This document shows positions 19,149 to 29,404 of a stretch of DNA of 64,000 nt, one piece after another (the first letter of the stretch is position 1; every line of letters begins with the position of its first letter). The position numbers and the translations under genes are program-made. Location of the stretch: positions 1,398 to 65,397 of the forward strand of contig JAJFUJ010000115.1 in assembly GCA_021372475.1 (NCBI GenBank), given 5' to 3'. Below the pieces are notes generated by a model that was not told the DNA's origin, made no database searches, and worked only from the letters and a program-made list of their open reading frames with translations. This DNA comes from Chloroflexota bacterium. Lineage in GTDB: Bacteria > Chloroflexota > Anaerolineae > UBA1429.

Positions 19149-21164
19149 ATGAGCGTAAAGTCCAATTCCAGCGCCAAGCCATGCAGCGCCGTCAAACAAT
19201 ATAACGGGGCGCCGACCATTTTTGTGGACGGGGTGCCCATACCCGGCGCCGGATTTTGGCGCGCGCCCTCTCACAACGAACGCTATCTAGCGGATTTTGC
19301 GCGGATTGGCGTTCAGATTTGCTGGTTTTCCATTGGGACGGAATCATGGAAGGCTTCCGAAACCTATGACTTCAGCGAGCTGGACGCCGCCTGGGAACGC
19401 ATGTTCGCAGCGATGCCCGAAGGGTATTTCATCCCGCGCCTTTACCTGCGCCCACCAGATTGGTGGATTGCCGCTCACCCGACAGAGCTGCGCCTTTGTG
19501 AGGACGGCACACCGTATCAAGGCACAGAGGATGAATATCTCCAAGGACAGACACTGCCTTCCCCCACTTCGCCGGTATGGCGCAGCGATACCCTCGCCTA
19601 TATCCGCGCATTTGTGCAGCACCACGAAGAAGGTCCATACGCCAGCCGCATCATCGGCTATCACCTCTCCAACGAGCAGAGCGAGGAGTGGTTCTACTGG
19701 GGAGGACCCAGTGTGGATTACCACCCGAGCGCCCAGGAAGACTTCCGCCACTACCTCAAGGCAATCTATGCCGATGATGCCGCTCTGCGTGCTGCCTGGA
19801 ACAACCCGCAGGTTTCGCTGGCTGCAGCTCGTATTCCCGGCTACCAGGAGCGGCGCCATCCGCAGGAAGGGGATTTCTACTCACCCACAGCCCAGCATCA
19901 GGTAGTGGACTATTACCACTACAAACACGAGCTAATGGTCAAAGTAATTTGCGAATTCGCCGCCGAGGTCAAGCGCCTCACCGCTCGGCGGGCGCTGGTC
20001 GGCATTTTCTACGGTTACCAATTGCAGCCGATCCCGCGCGGGCAGCTCGATTCGGGGCACTACGCCCTGCGCAAGCTGCTCGAATCGCCCGATATAGATT
20101 ATCTGAGCAGCCCAACCTGCTATTCCGGCCGCGAGCTGGGGACAGGTTACAGCTACTTTATGTCGCCGCAGGCATCTGTGCGGCTGCACGGCAAGCTGTG
20201 GATCGACGAGAACGACATCCGCACCCATGTGCAGGCGCCTGGCAACGAGGGGTTCGGCAAAACGACGACGCTCAAGGACACGCTTGCTATGCAGCGCCGC
20301 GAGTTTGCCAACGCGCTATGCAACGGCGCTGCATTCTGGTGGATGGACCAGGGCGGCGGGTGGTATGACGATCCGGCTTTGTTGGCGGAATTAGAGCGTT
20401 TGCGCGAAATGATGGCCAAGGCTGTGCACTGCGATCGTTCGAGCGCTGCGGAAATCGCCATAGTGCTGGATGAACGCTCGGTCATGTGGCGCGGTCCGCA
20501 CAAGGGGCTGCAATCGTTCGAGGGGATTACCGACATCGGCCACATCGGCGCGCCGGTCGATTTTGTGCTGCTCGAGGACCTGGAGAAAGCGCAGCCCTAC
20601 AAGCTCTACCTGATGAAATACTGTTACCGCAGCAATCGGACGGTACTGGAAATGCTCGATAGAGTGGTCAAGCGCAACGACAGTTGGGTTTTGTGGCTCG
20701 ACCGCCCGGGTTGGGTGCGCGAGGATACATGCACCCTGGGTGTAGCCAATACCGAGGAATTGACAGGGCTTGCGGTGCAGCTCGAAGGCGGCGTTGCCGG
20801 CGCCGATGCAGAGCTATCTGCCCGATTGAGGTATCCTGCCAGGCAGTTTGCAGGCTGGACCAGCGTCTACCTGAAGGAACTGCCGACTGCCGATGACCTG
20901 CGCAGGTTGTGCCGTGCCGCCGGCGTGCACATTTATCTCGATAGCGGCGATACGATATATGCCGACGCCTCGTTTATCGGCATCCATACAGCGTGTGCAG
21001 GCGCTAAACGGCTGAACCTCACCAATGATGGCCTGCTGTACGACTTGGTAAACCGGCATGAGATCGCCGTGAAAGGCTCGGAACCCGTCGTGGAGATGGA
21101 AGCGCGCGCTACGGCTCTTTACTATCGCGGCAGCGCGAAGCAGTGGGAACAGGCCCAACGCTGA
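19149..21164 (+). CDS. putative glycoside hydrolase, GH42-like
   Basis: 671 aa. WKASETYDFSELDAAWERMF...RPPDWWIAAHPTEL and GYHLSNEQSE resemble the GH42 N-terminal TIM barrel. The assignment is weak. Confidence 0.4.
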   Translation: MSVKSNSSAKPCSAVKQYNGAPTIFVDGVPIPGAGFWRAPSHNERYLADFARIGVQICWFSIGTESWKASETYDFSELDAAWERMFAAMPEGYFIPRLYLRPPDWWIAAHPTELRLCEDGTPYQGTEDEYLQGQTLPSPTSPVWRSDTLAYIRAFVQHHEEGPYASRIIGYHLSNEQSEEWFYWGGPSVDYHPSAQEDFRHYLKAIYADDAALRAAWNNPQVSLAAARIPGYQERRHPQEGDFYSPTAQHQVVDYYHYKHELMVKVICEFAAEVKRLTARRALVGIFYGYQLQPIPRGQLDSGHYALRKLLESPDIDYLSSPTCYSGRELGTGYSYFMSPQASVRLHGKLWIDENDIRTHVQAPGNEGFGKTTTLKDTLAMQRREFANALCNGAAFWWMDQGGGWYDDPALLAELERLREMMAKAVHCDRSSAAEIAIVLDERSVMWRGPHKGLQSFEGITDIGHIGAPVDFVLLEDLEKAQPYKLYLMKYCYRSNRTVLEMLDRVVKRNDSWVLWLDRPGWVREDTCTLGVANTEELTGLAVQLEGGVAGADAELSARLRYPARQFAGWTSVYLKELPTADDLRRLCRAAGVHIYLDSGDTIYADASFIGIHTACAGAKRLNLTNDGLLYDLVNRHEIAVKGSEPVVEMEARATALYYRGSAKQWEQAQR

Positions 21165-21173
21165 GAGGAGCAT

Positions 21174-21755
21174 ATGCCGCTCAGCGCGCACAGCGGAAAG
21201 GGTTGTATGGCTAGCATCGAGCTTTGGCAGGGAGATATCACCACACTGGCGGTGGATGCGATCGTCAATGCCGCCAACAACGGCCTGCGCGGAGGTGGCG
21301 GGGTGGATGGCGCGATTCACCGCGCGGCCGGCCCCGAACTCGACAGCGCCTGCCGCAAAATCGGCTGGTGCGCCACCGGCCAGGCGGTCATCACGCCCGG
21401 TTTCAGGTTGCCGGCCAAATACATTATCCACACGGTAGGGCCGGTGTGGGGCGCGCAGGATGAAGCCACGAGCGATACCCTGCTGGCGAGCTGCTACCAC
21501 GCCAGCCTGGCGCTAGCTGCCGCGCACGGCCTCGGGAGCATCGCCTTTCCGGCTATCAGCACAGGGGTGTATGGCTACCCCATGCGGCGCGCCGCGTTCG
21601 TGGCCCTGAACGCCGTCAGAGCTGCGCTGGCGGAGGTCCCCAGTATAGAGCGCGTTATCCTGGTGAGTTACCAGCCCGAGATGCAGCGCATCTACGGTGA
21701 GGTGATGCGCGGGCTCGATTTGGGCGAACGCTACGCCACGGGCGGGCGCTCATGA
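21174..21755 (+). CDS. Macro domain protein (O-acetyl-ADP-ribose deacetylase-like)
   Basis: [42 protein letters not shown] and [12 protein letters not shown] are canonical macro-domain motifs. GAGAGGAG RBS. Confidence 0.85.
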   Translation: MPLSAHSGKGCMASIELWQGDITTLAVDAIVNAANNGLRGGGGVDGAIHRAAGPELDSACRKIGWCATGQAVITPGFRLPAKYIIHTVGPVWGAQDEATSDTLLASCYHASLALAAAHGLGSIAFPAISTGVYGYPMRRAAFVALNAVRAALAEVPSIERVILVSYQPEMQRIYGEVMRGLDLGERYATGGRS

Positions 21756-23704
21756 GGACGCCATCGCGCCATCAGCTTAGCCAGCTAGGCTACGGCCTGC
21801 TCATCCTGGCGGTGTGCCTGCCGCTCAGCGTGCTAGTCTGGCGCGCAACGGTCGAGCACGTCAGCGGGCGCTGGCAGCGTTACAGCGACCGGCAGCTCGG
21901 TATCTCATGGAGCGCGCCGGCCGATTGGGAGCTGCGCGCGCTCGGCGGTGGAAGCGAGCGCACCCTGGTGATGAACGCTGTGAACGGACCGCGCGCCGTG
22001 CTCTACCTCAGCGCTAGCAGCGACCAGGCGGCCTACCGGCGCTGGGATCCTGCCGCGGCCACAACCCAGATTGCCGGCCTGCCGGCCAGCGATACGCGCG
22101 TGCCCGCTGGGCAGAACCCGGCCCAGCGGCTGGTCGCCTTCCGCGCTGGGCAGGATACGCTGGTGCTGCTGGCGCTTTACCACAGCGCCGAGTTCGACCA
22201 GGCAGTGTTCGACAGGCTGCTCGCGAGCATCACCCTTAGCGTGGAAGAGGACCACATCCGCGTGTTTATGGAGGTCGATTCGCTCAGCAGCGATTGGCAA
22301 GCGTGCTCGCCCGACTGCGGATTGAGCGCCTCCTCGCCCAACTGGTGCGGTATCGATGCAACCGCCGCCGAGTGGGACGGCGTAGATGTCTATTCCAATG
22401 GCTCCAATTTTCCTTATTTCTACGAGAACGAATGCCCCGATTTTTACGGGCTAAAGTTCCAGTGCGTGGAACTGATTCAGCGTTATTATTGGGAAAGGGT
22501 CGGGCGCAACACCGGCACCGGCAGCCCGGGCTGGGGCATCGCCAGCGCCTACCAGGCCTGGTGGCAACATCCGCCCGAATACGAGCGGCTCGTCAACGGC
22601 AGTGGCGCCGTGCCGCAAGCCGGCGATATCCTGGTATGGCGCCCAGAGGGACGTTACGCGCCGCATGGGCACGTCGGGATCGTGGTGCAGGTTTCCAACG
22701 GCCAGGTCGTCTTTGTGCAGCAGAACTCAAAGGAGGGCGGGGTCAGCACCCGTAGTTGGGTCAACGGCTGGATCGACGACCCCTACCTCTACGGCTGGCT
22801 GCGCCTGACCTACGGTGACCATATGCCGCCCGATGGCGCCATCGCAGCGCCAGAGGACGCGGCCGTCGTCACCGGCGATATCCTGCACCTGGAAGGTTGG
22901 GCGGAGGATACCGGCACCGGGCTAGTCTCAGCCCAATTCTATGCGGTTTACGGCGATACGACGCTGGCCCTCGGCGAACCGTTCAGCGCTTCGCCCTTTA
23001 CGTTCAATTGGAACCTGGCGGCCAATAATATCCCCAACGGTCCCGTGACGATTACGCTGCGCCTGCAGGACAAGGCGGGCAACGTGGCCTATTCACCGCA
23101 GGGAGTACGCCGGGTTGAGATCCAGCGCCCGAGTGCCGGGCTAGAGCCGATTGAACGCCTAGGAGATTGCCATGACCTGGTTGCGAACGGTTCGTTTGAG
23201 CTCAACCGCAACTGGTTGTTCACAGGCAGCTATAAACCAGCGTATACCGCGTCTGCGGCTGTAGTAGGGGAGCATGCCCTGCAGTTGGGCATCGTCGAAG
23301 GCGCCAGCCTGAACACGGTATCGATTGCCCAGCAAATCATCACCATCCCAGCCGATGCGGATAAACTGCGGCTGCGCTTCAAATACCAAGCCGATGCGAG
23401 CCCCTATGCGATGTACCCGCAGCGGGTTGTGCTCATCGATGCCGAAGGAAACCGCCACACACTGCTGGCTCTGAACGGACCTCACAGCTACGCTCGCGGC
23501 TGGCGCGAGGTCGAGATCGACGAGTCCGTGCTGGGGCAATTCCGCGGCCAAAAGGTGCGGTTGCAGTTCATCGTATATAATAATGGCTGGGAAGAGCGGC
23601 CAGCTTCGCTCCTGGTGGACGACTTGCATCTATATGCCTGCCAGGATAGCGCTACTCCGACCGCTGAGCCGACTGAGTCTGACTTACGAATGATTAACGA
23701 GTGA
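21752..23704 (+). CDS. membrane-anchored multidomain protein with CHAP (Cys/His amidohydrolase) domain, Ig-like and CBM-like C-terminal domains
   Basis: ATGA overlap with the macro gene. N-terminal TM segment [23 protein letters not shown]-like [13 protein letters not shown] ... GDILVWRP...HGHVGIVV. The C-terminus [10 protein letters not shown]...ALQLG looks like a carbohydrate-binding-module jelly roll. Confidence 0.6.
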   Translation: MRTPSRHQLSQLGYGLLILAVCLPLSVLVWRATVEHVSGRWQRYSDRQLGISWSAPADWELRALGGGSERTLVMNAVNGPRAVLYLSASSDQAAYRRWDPAAATTQIAGLPASDTRVPAGQNPAQRLVAFRAGQDTLVLLALYHSAEFDQAVFDRLLASITLSVEEDHIRVFMEVDSLSSDWQACSPDCGLSASSPNWCGIDATAAEWDGVDVYSNGSNFPYFYENECPDFYGLKFQCVELIQRYYWERVGRNTGTGSPGWGIASAYQAWWQHPPEYERLVNGSGAVPQAGDILVWRPEGRYAPHGHVGIVVQVSNGQVVFVQQNSKEGGVSTRSWVNGWIDDPYLYGWLRLTYGDHMPPDGAIAAPEDAAVVTGDILHLEGWAEDTGTGLVSAQFYAVYGDTTLALGEPFSASPFTFNWNLAANNIPNGPVTITLRLQDKAGNVAYSPQGVRRVEIQRPSAGLEPIERLGDCHDLVANGSFELNRNWLFTGSYKPAYTASAAVVGEHALQLGIVEGASLNTVSIAQQIITIPADADKLRLRFKYQADASPYAMYPQRVVLIDAEGNRHTLLALNGPHSYARGWREVEIDESVLGQFRGQKVRLQFIVYNNGWEERPASLLVDDLHLYACQDSATPTAEPTESDLRMINE

Positions 23705-23717
23705 CAGAGGTAAGCTG

Positions 23718-25370
23718 ATGCGTATCACACTGGCCCAACTGGATCCGATAGTCGGCGACATCACCGGGAATATGCGGCGTATCCGTGAGGTGACGGCAGG
23801 ATGTGCGGCTGAGCATCCCGACCTCGTTATCTTCCCCGAGCTGTTCATCAGCGGTTACCCGCCACAGGACCTGCTCGAACGCGCCTGGTTCATCGAGCAG
23901 GTGCAGCGCGCCATCGCCGAGGTGGCGGAGCTCTCGGCCGCCTATCCAGGCACCGGCATCCTCTTTGGGGCGCCTGTCGCCAATACGCGCCAATATTGCA
24001 AGGGGCTGTATAATGCCGCGCTGCTCGCCTATGATGGCGCAATTCTGGGGATGCAGGCCAAACGCCTGTTGCCGACCTACGACGTCTTTGACGAGGCGCG
24101 CTACTTTGACCCGGCGCGCGAGATAAACGTCATCCCCTTTAAGGGTGAACGCCTGGGGGTGCACATCTGCGAGGATGCCTGGAGCGACCCGGCGCTGTGG
24201 CCCAAGGGACTGCCGTATGACATCAATCCCATCAGCCAATTAGCCAGCCAGTGCGCCACGTTGCTCATCAATCTGTCGGCGTCGCCTTTCCAGGCCGGCA
24301 AAGAGTGCGTGCGCTACCAGATGCTGCGCAAGCACGCGCAGCGCGCCGACGCGCCCTTTATCTACTTGAACCAGGTGGGCGCCAACGACCAGCTCATCTT
24401 TGACGGCCGCTCGGTAGTTCTCGGCAAGCAGGGGCAGCCAATGGTGGTGCTGCCCAGCTTTGAGGAATGCGTGCGCACCATCGACACCGATGCGCCGCTC
24501 GCTGCGGCGGGCTATCGCGCCGAGGAAGAGATCGAGACTATCTACCGCGCGCTGGTGCTGGGCATCCGCGACTATATGGGCAAGACCGGATTTAGGAAGG
24601 CAGTGTTGGGGCTTTCGGGCGGCATCGATTCCGCGCTGACCTGCTGTTTGGCCGCGGCTGCCTTGGGCAAGGAGAACGTGCTGGGCGTGGCGATGCCGTC
24701 ACCCTACTCTTCCGCCGGGTCGATTAGCGATGCGCGCCAGTTGGCAGAGAACCTGGGCGTCGATTTCCGCATCGTGCCGATAAGCGGGTTGAAGGATGCT
24801 TACCAGGCTGCGTTGGCGGAACCCTTTGTCGGCACGCAGCCGAACACCGCCGAGGAAAATATCCAGGCGCGTATCCGCGGCAACATCCTGATGGCGTTTT
24901 CCAACAAGTTTAACTATCTGGTGCTTTCCACCGGCAACAAGAGCGAGCTGGCGGTGGGCTACTGCACGCTCTACGGGGATATGAGCGGCGGGTTGGCCGT
25001 CATATCCGATGTGCCCAAGACTACCGTTTACGCTCTGGCGCATTATATCAACCGCGAGCGCGAGATAATCCCGCGGGATTGCATCACCAAACCGCCCTCC
25101 GCCGAGCTCAAGCCCAACCAGACCGACCAGGATACCCTGCCGCCCTATGACATACTCGACCGTATCCTGCATTTGTATATCGAAGAGGGGTGCTCTGCGG
25201 AGGAAATCGCCGTACAAGGTTTTGCCGCAGAGACGGTGCGCTGGGTGGTGCGCACGGTGGACCGCAACGAATATAAACGCCAGCAGGCCGCGCCTGGGCT
25301 GCGCGTCACCAGCAAAGCCTTCGGCGTGGGCAGGCGCATGCCCATCGCGGCGCGGCTCAATCATTCATAG
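23718..25370 (+). CDS. nadE: glutamine-dependent NAD+ synthetase
   Basis: N-terminal nitrilase/CN-hydrolase domain (MRITLAQLDP...) plus C-terminal synthetase with the LGLSGGIDSA PP-loop. 550 aa. Confidence 0.9.
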   Translation: MRITLAQLDPIVGDITGNMRRIREVTAGCAAEHPDLVIFPELFISGYPPQDLLERAWFIEQVQRAIAEVAELSAAYPGTGILFGAPVANTRQYCKGLYNAALLAYDGAILGMQAKRLLPTYDVFDEARYFDPAREINVIPFKGERLGVHICEDAWSDPALWPKGLPYDINPISQLASQCATLLINLSASPFQAGKECVRYQMLRKHAQRADAPFIYLNQVGANDQLIFDGRSVVLGKQGQPMVVLPSFEECVRTIDTDAPLAAAGYRAEEEIETIYRALVLGIRDYMGKTGFRKAVLGLSGGIDSALTCCLAAAALGKENVLGVAMPSPYSSAGSISDARQLAENLGVDFRIVPISGLKDAYQAALAEPFVGTQPNTAEENIQARIRGNILMAFSNKFNYLVLSTGNKSELAVGYCTLYGDMSGGLAVISDVPKTTVYALAHYINREREIIPRDCITKPPSAELKPNQTDQDTLPPYDILDRILHLYIEEGCSAEEIAVQGFAAETVRWVVRTVDRNEYKRQQAAPGLRVTSKAFGVGRRMPIAARLNHS

Positions 25371-25451
25371 GTTCACAGCAGTTGCGGTATAACTACCGGC
25401 GTGTAAGATGAAAGCATACGTACAGTTACCTAGTTACAAGCAAAGGAGCAG

Positions 25452-26699
25452 ATGATGAACGAATCGGAATACTTTGAGATGGCCGTTAAAACGCGTCCAA
25501 CGCGCATCAAGTGGTGGCAGGAGGCCCGCTTTGGGATGTTTGTCCACTGGGGGCTGTATTCGCAGCTCGCGCGCCACGAGTGGGTGATGAACCGCGAGCG
25601 CATCCCCATCGCCGAGTATGAACCGCTGGCCGACAGTTGGCACCCCAAAGAGCGCCCGGCCCGCGAATGGGCGCGCCTGGCCAAGGAATCGGGCATGAAG
25701 TATATGGTGATGACCAGCAAACACCACGAAGGATTCCTGCTGTGGGATAGCAAGCTCTCGGATTATAACGCCGTCAAGCATGGCCCTGGGCGCGACCTGG
25801 TGGCCGAGTATGTAGATGCCTGTCACGAGTTCGGCCTGCGCTGCGGGCTGTATTACTCGCTGATGGATTGGCACCATCCCGATGGAGCGAACTGCGCCCA
25901 CGATGACGGCGCCCGCCGGCGCTTTCTCGACTATACCCAGGGGCTGGTGCGCGAGTTGTGCACCAACTATGGCAAGCTGGACATCCTCTGGTACGACGTC
26001 TCGTGGCCGCTGCGCACCCCCGCGATGTGGGAATCCGCCAAGATGAACGCTATGGTGCGCGAGCTGCAGCCCGATATCCTCATCAACAACCGTTCGCAGC
26101 TCGATGAAGATTTCGGCACGCCCGAGGAGGAAGTGCGCGCCGCAGAAGGTGGGCGCAACTGGGAGGCATGTATGACCTTCAACGGCTCGTGGGGCTATAT
26201 GCCGTCGGCGGTTGACTGGCATTCGACGCGCGCGGTGCTAGGGATGCTGCGCACGGCTACGGCCGGGCAGGGCAACCTGCTCCTGAATGTCGGCCCGGCG
26301 CCGGACGGCACGGTACCCGCCGAAGCCTATGAGCGGCTCGAACCGCTGGGCAAGTGGTTGAAGCTGAACGGCGAGGCGGTTTACGGCGCGGTGAGCAACG
26401 CTAACCATATGGAATGGATGCCCACTGGGCAGTGGACCATAAAGGGTAACACGGCCTATTACTGGTGCAACCGCTGGCCTGGCAAACAGCTTACTATCGG
26501 CGGGTTGCAGAGCAAATTGCTGCACGCCTCGCTCCTGGCCACAGGAGAATCGGTCTGTTTCGACCAGCAAGAAGACCGCCTGACGCTCTTTGGCCTGCCG
26601 GAGACTACCCCTGACCCATATGCCGGCGTGGCGGTGCTCAAGCTCGAGTTTGAGAGCGCCCCGCGCCAAAAGCTGGGCGCGGGCTGCATCGTTTTATAA
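25452..26699 (+). CDS. GH29 alpha-L-fucosidase
   Basis: WWQEARFGMFVHWGLYS...AKESGMKYMVMTSKHHEGFLLWDS is the canonical GH29 N-terminus. No signal peptide. Confidence 0.85.
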   Translation: MMNESEYFEMAVKTRPTRIKWWQEARFGMFVHWGLYSQLARHEWVMNRERIPIAEYEPLADSWHPKERPAREWARLAKESGMKYMVMTSKHHEGFLLWDSKLSDYNAVKHGPGRDLVAEYVDACHEFGLRCGLYYSLMDWHHPDGANCAHDDGARRRFLDYTQGLVRELCTNYGKLDILWYDVSWPLRTPAMWESAKMNAMVRELQPDILINNRSQLDEDFGTPEEEVRAAEGGRNWEACMTFNGSWGYMPSAVDWHSTRAVLGMLRTATAGQGNLLLNVGPAPDGTVPAEAYERLEPLGKWLKLNGEAVYGAVSNANHMEWMPTGQWTIKGNTAYYWCNRWPGKQLTIGGLQSKLLHASLLATGESVCFDQQEDRLTLFGLPETTPDPYAGVAVLKLEFESAPRQKLGAGCIVL

Positions 26700-26705
26700 T
26701 AATCA

Positions 26706-26741
26706 AGGGTGGCGTACCCTTCATACGCCACCCTATTTTTA
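26706..26741 (+). terminator. intrinsic terminator of the fucosidase gene
   Basis: AGGGTGGCGTA (26706-26716), 7-nt loop, TACGCCACCCT (26724-26734), followed by ATTTTTAT. Confidence 0.75.
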
Positions 26742-26973
26742 TGCCTTGATGTAGGATGGTGGGTCACGGCGCATTCGCCGCCGCGATAGCCTGTATGAAC
26801 GACAGGGCGCGGGAGCCGATAATCGACTATATGAAGGGCCAGTATCGTGTGGATTATGTCAATATAATACCGAGGCCAGTGCGGCTGCTTGCCGCGCGAG
26901 GCAAAGGTAGTTCAGTCAACAGCGCGAGCGCATCCTGCGTCTGCTTATCGGCGAAATCTCTCGCAGGTGCCAA

Positions 26974-27864
26974 TTATCTGGGCAGCGCTTGAAACAGGTT
27001 GAGCTGTCTGGGCTCAGAGCTGGGCTCGCGGCAAAAATCCTCCGAGATGTGATAGCGCCGGCACAGCGCATTGGCCAGCCTCTGCAGCTCCGCGGTGCGC
27101 GGACTGGCGCAATAATAGGCGTTCCCGAAACTCTCGCGGTAGCGCGCGCTCAAACCCGGGAAGCTGCGCTCCAGCTCGCGGTAGTAATAGGCGCGTTGGC
27201 GGTCGCGCAGGGTTACGCCGAACCCGCACGCCAGGTAATGCACCCCGCATTCCGCAGCGCGCTCGATTATCCCCTGGATGTTGGCGGCGTCATCTTCGAT
27301 AAAAGGCAGCACCGGCATCAACGCGAGTCCAGTGGTAATGCCCTGCTGCGCCAGTTCCGCGAGCGCAGCGAAGCGCTCCGAGACGCTCGAAGCGTAAGGC
27401 TCCAACATGCGCCCCAGCGCGTCGTCGGCAGTGGTGACGGTCATCAACACCGAGGCGCGTTCGGGACCGATAACCTGCAGCAGGTCAACATCGCGCAGCA
27501 CCAAGGCGCTCTTGGTGGTGATGTGCACCCCCCAGCCGGCCTCAGCGATGGTTGCGAGAGTACGGCGGGTGAGGCGCAGTTCGGCCTCCAGGGGCATATA
27601 GGGGTCGTTCATTGAGCCGGTGCTGACGATGCCTTTTTTACGGCGGGCTGCCAGCTCGCTCCTGAGCAGCTCCACGGCATTGGCTTTGACGAGGATCTCT
27701 TCGTCAAAGGTATCCACCTGGTAACATTCGCTGCGCGTATCGCAATAGATACAGCGATGCTGGCAGCCGCGGTACAGGTTGATATTATCCGTCGCGCCGA
27801 ACCAACCATCCGGGTGGCGCATGCGGGTGAGCAGCGTCTTGGCCTGGATATTACGGAACCCCAT
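26974..27864 (-). CDS. radical SAM protein, SplB / 'DNA repair photolyase' (COG1533-like) family
   Basis: YRGCQHRCIYCD carries the CX3CX2C cluster motif. I placed the start at ATG 27864-27862 (MGFRNIQAKTLL...). The longer track ORF to 27987 would overlap the upstream gene by 137 nt. Confidence 0.7.
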   Translation of the reverse strand: MGFRNIQAKTLLTRMRHPDGWFGATDNINLYRGCQHRCIYCDTRSECYQVDTFDEEILVKANAVELLRSELAARRKKGIVSTGSMNDPYMPLEAELRLTRRTLATIAEAGWGVHITTKSALVLRDVDLLQVIGPERASVLMTVTTADDALGRMLEPYASSVSERFAALAELAQQGITTGLALMPVLPFIEDDAANIQGIIERAAECGVHYLACGFGVTLRDRQRAYYYRELERSFPGLSARYRESFGNAYYCASPRTAELQRLANALCRRYHISEDFCREPSSEPRQLNLFQALPR

Positions 27865-28303
27865 GCAGCGCTTCCTTACGCTTGCTCGGGCGGCGCTTAA
27901 TGGCCAGCAGCATGAGCACATCATCCACCGCGGCCTCGGGAATGTGAATCCATAGCCAGGTGCCGTCGTGATAGATTGGGGTAGCATCGATCAGCTTTTG
28001 CATGGCCGGGCTGAACTGATTAAAGATGGCCATCATGCGGATGCGCTCTTCACCACCCAGGATAACTAGCGCCGTAAGCGAGCCATGTTCGGGATACAGG
28101 TCACACAAGGTACGACCGCCAGCGCGGTAGTGCATGAGCCAGCCGTATTTGTTGCCGCCCCAAGCCAGGTCGCCTTCCAGCCCATAACTGGCGCACAGCA
28201 CTTCGCGGAGACTGTTCCAAGCGGGCGCCTGTTCGCCTAATCCCTGAAGGAACTCTTCCTCCCTGGGCAGGCGGGTTTTGTCCAGCCAACGCTCGCCGCT
28301 CAC
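27851..28303 (-). CDS. small conserved-looking protein, DUF3788-like
   Basis: GTG start at 28303 forms a GTGA overlap with the upstream stop, and GGGAGGTG lies 4 nt upstream. The pattern ...AWNSLREVL...GNKYGWLMHYRAGGRTLCDLYPEHG...DGTWLWIHI...DDVLMLLAIKRRP matches my recollection of DUF3788 proteins. Confidence 0.4.
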   Translation of the reverse strand: MSGERWLDKTRLPREEEFLQGLGEQAPAWNSLREVLCASYGLEGDLAWGGNKYGWLMHYRAGGRTLCDLYPEHGSLTALVILGGEERIRMMAIFNQFSPAMQKLIDATPIYHDGTWLWIHIPEAAVDDVLMLLAIKRRPSKRKEALHGVP

Positions 28304-29262
28304 GCCCACCTCCCGGCACACTTTAACACATACAACGCATCGGCGGTGACGAAAGGATTCATACGGCGCTGGCTGACCTGCCCCCACTCCACCAGCGAAC
28401 GTCCGGAGCCGCGGCTGGCGCCGGTGCTATAGTGTTTGCCCTCAGCCGGGAAGCCGCCGTCGGGGAGACGTTTGCTTTCCAGCAGATCAAGGGCTTCGGC
28501 GCAACGTGGGTCGTCGATAAAACCGGCTTCAGCCAGCACTTTGAGCCCAGCTAGTATATCGTAATGCCAGTAAGCCGGATAATGCAGCCGAATAAACGCA
28601 TCATTTATGATGGCGCCGTCGCTCTGCCGCTTGAAAAGACGCCGTTTGAGAAATATCTCAGCAGCGCGCTCAGCCGCCAACCCGGCCTGACGGCTGCCGG
28701 TAAGTTTGGCATATAACGCCAGGGCACGCAGCGGGATCAGGCTCTCGTGGAAGGACGAGTTATGCGCCTCAGGGCGCTTGTCGCAGTTCCAACCGCCATC
28801 CGGCCACTGCCAGCCGATCAGGCGCTCGATGAGCGTATCCACGCGCGCGTCCGTCAAACCGAGGCTCATCAGCGACCAGGCCGCGTTGCTTTCCTGCGAG
28901 GCGCAGCGCCGGGTGCGGCCATCGATACTACGAATGCTCTTGAAATGCGCATCGGACAACCAGCAGTTCAGCACCTGCTCGCGCAGCGGGATCAGGGCTT
29001 CGTCGCCGGGTGGATAACCGAGTTCGGCCAGGATGGGGAGCACCCAGTGCGCGCCGCGCCATTTATTATAGGGACCGAGTGGGATAGTGCCGTCATGTTC
29101 GCGCTCTGAAAGCAGCATGCACACGCGCCCCGAGGCGCGCACCGCTTCCCGCAAAGAAGTCTCTTCATTTGCCGGGAGGGGTGCAGCCGCCTGCAACAAG
29201 CGTGCCTTGTAACGGATGGCCGGTTCGTCAGAGGCAAGCAGGTTTGACAGCAGGTCTGGCAT
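28300..29262 (-). CDS. alpha/alpha-toroid repeat protein (prenyltransferase / squalene-cyclase-repeat-like), function unknown
   Basis: 320 aa with a strong AAGGAGGTG RBS. Repeats of the Q/W..PDGGW/F type (IGWQWPDGGWNCD, KRLPDGGFPAEG). Confidence 0.4.
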   Translation of the reverse strand: MPDLLSNLLASDEPAIRYKARLLQAAAPLPANEETSLREAVRASGRVCMLLSEREHDGTIPLGPYNKWRGAHWVLPILAELGYPPGDEALIPLREQVLNCWLSDAHFKSIRSIDGRTRRCASQESNAAWSLMSLGLTDARVDTLIERLIGWQWPDGGWNCDKRPEAHNSSFHESLIPLRALALYAKLTGSRQAGLAAERAAEIFLKRRLFKRQSDGAIINDAFIRLHYPAYWHYDILAGLKVLAEAGFIDDPRCAEALDLLESKRLPDGGFPAEGKHYSTGASRGSGRSLVEWGQVSQRRMNPFVTADALYVLKCAGRWA

Positions 29263-29404
29263 AGCACCTCCTTAACTTCATATATACAGCAACTCACAAC
29301 CCAATAATAGTACATTCGTTCTATTCGCGCAAGAGGCAAATCGCCCTGGACTAGACGGGATATGTGCGCTACACTAATAGCGCATGTCCATAGGAGGTTA
29401 TCCA

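Noticed and set aside
20814-21500. 228-aa minus-strand ORF crossing the GH42-like/macro gene boundary. Similar antisense ORFs lie at 25434-26222, 30350-31315, 32233-32967 and 42915-43499.
   Set aside because: All are antisense to genes with recognisable family signatures, lack an RBS and have typical antisense composition.
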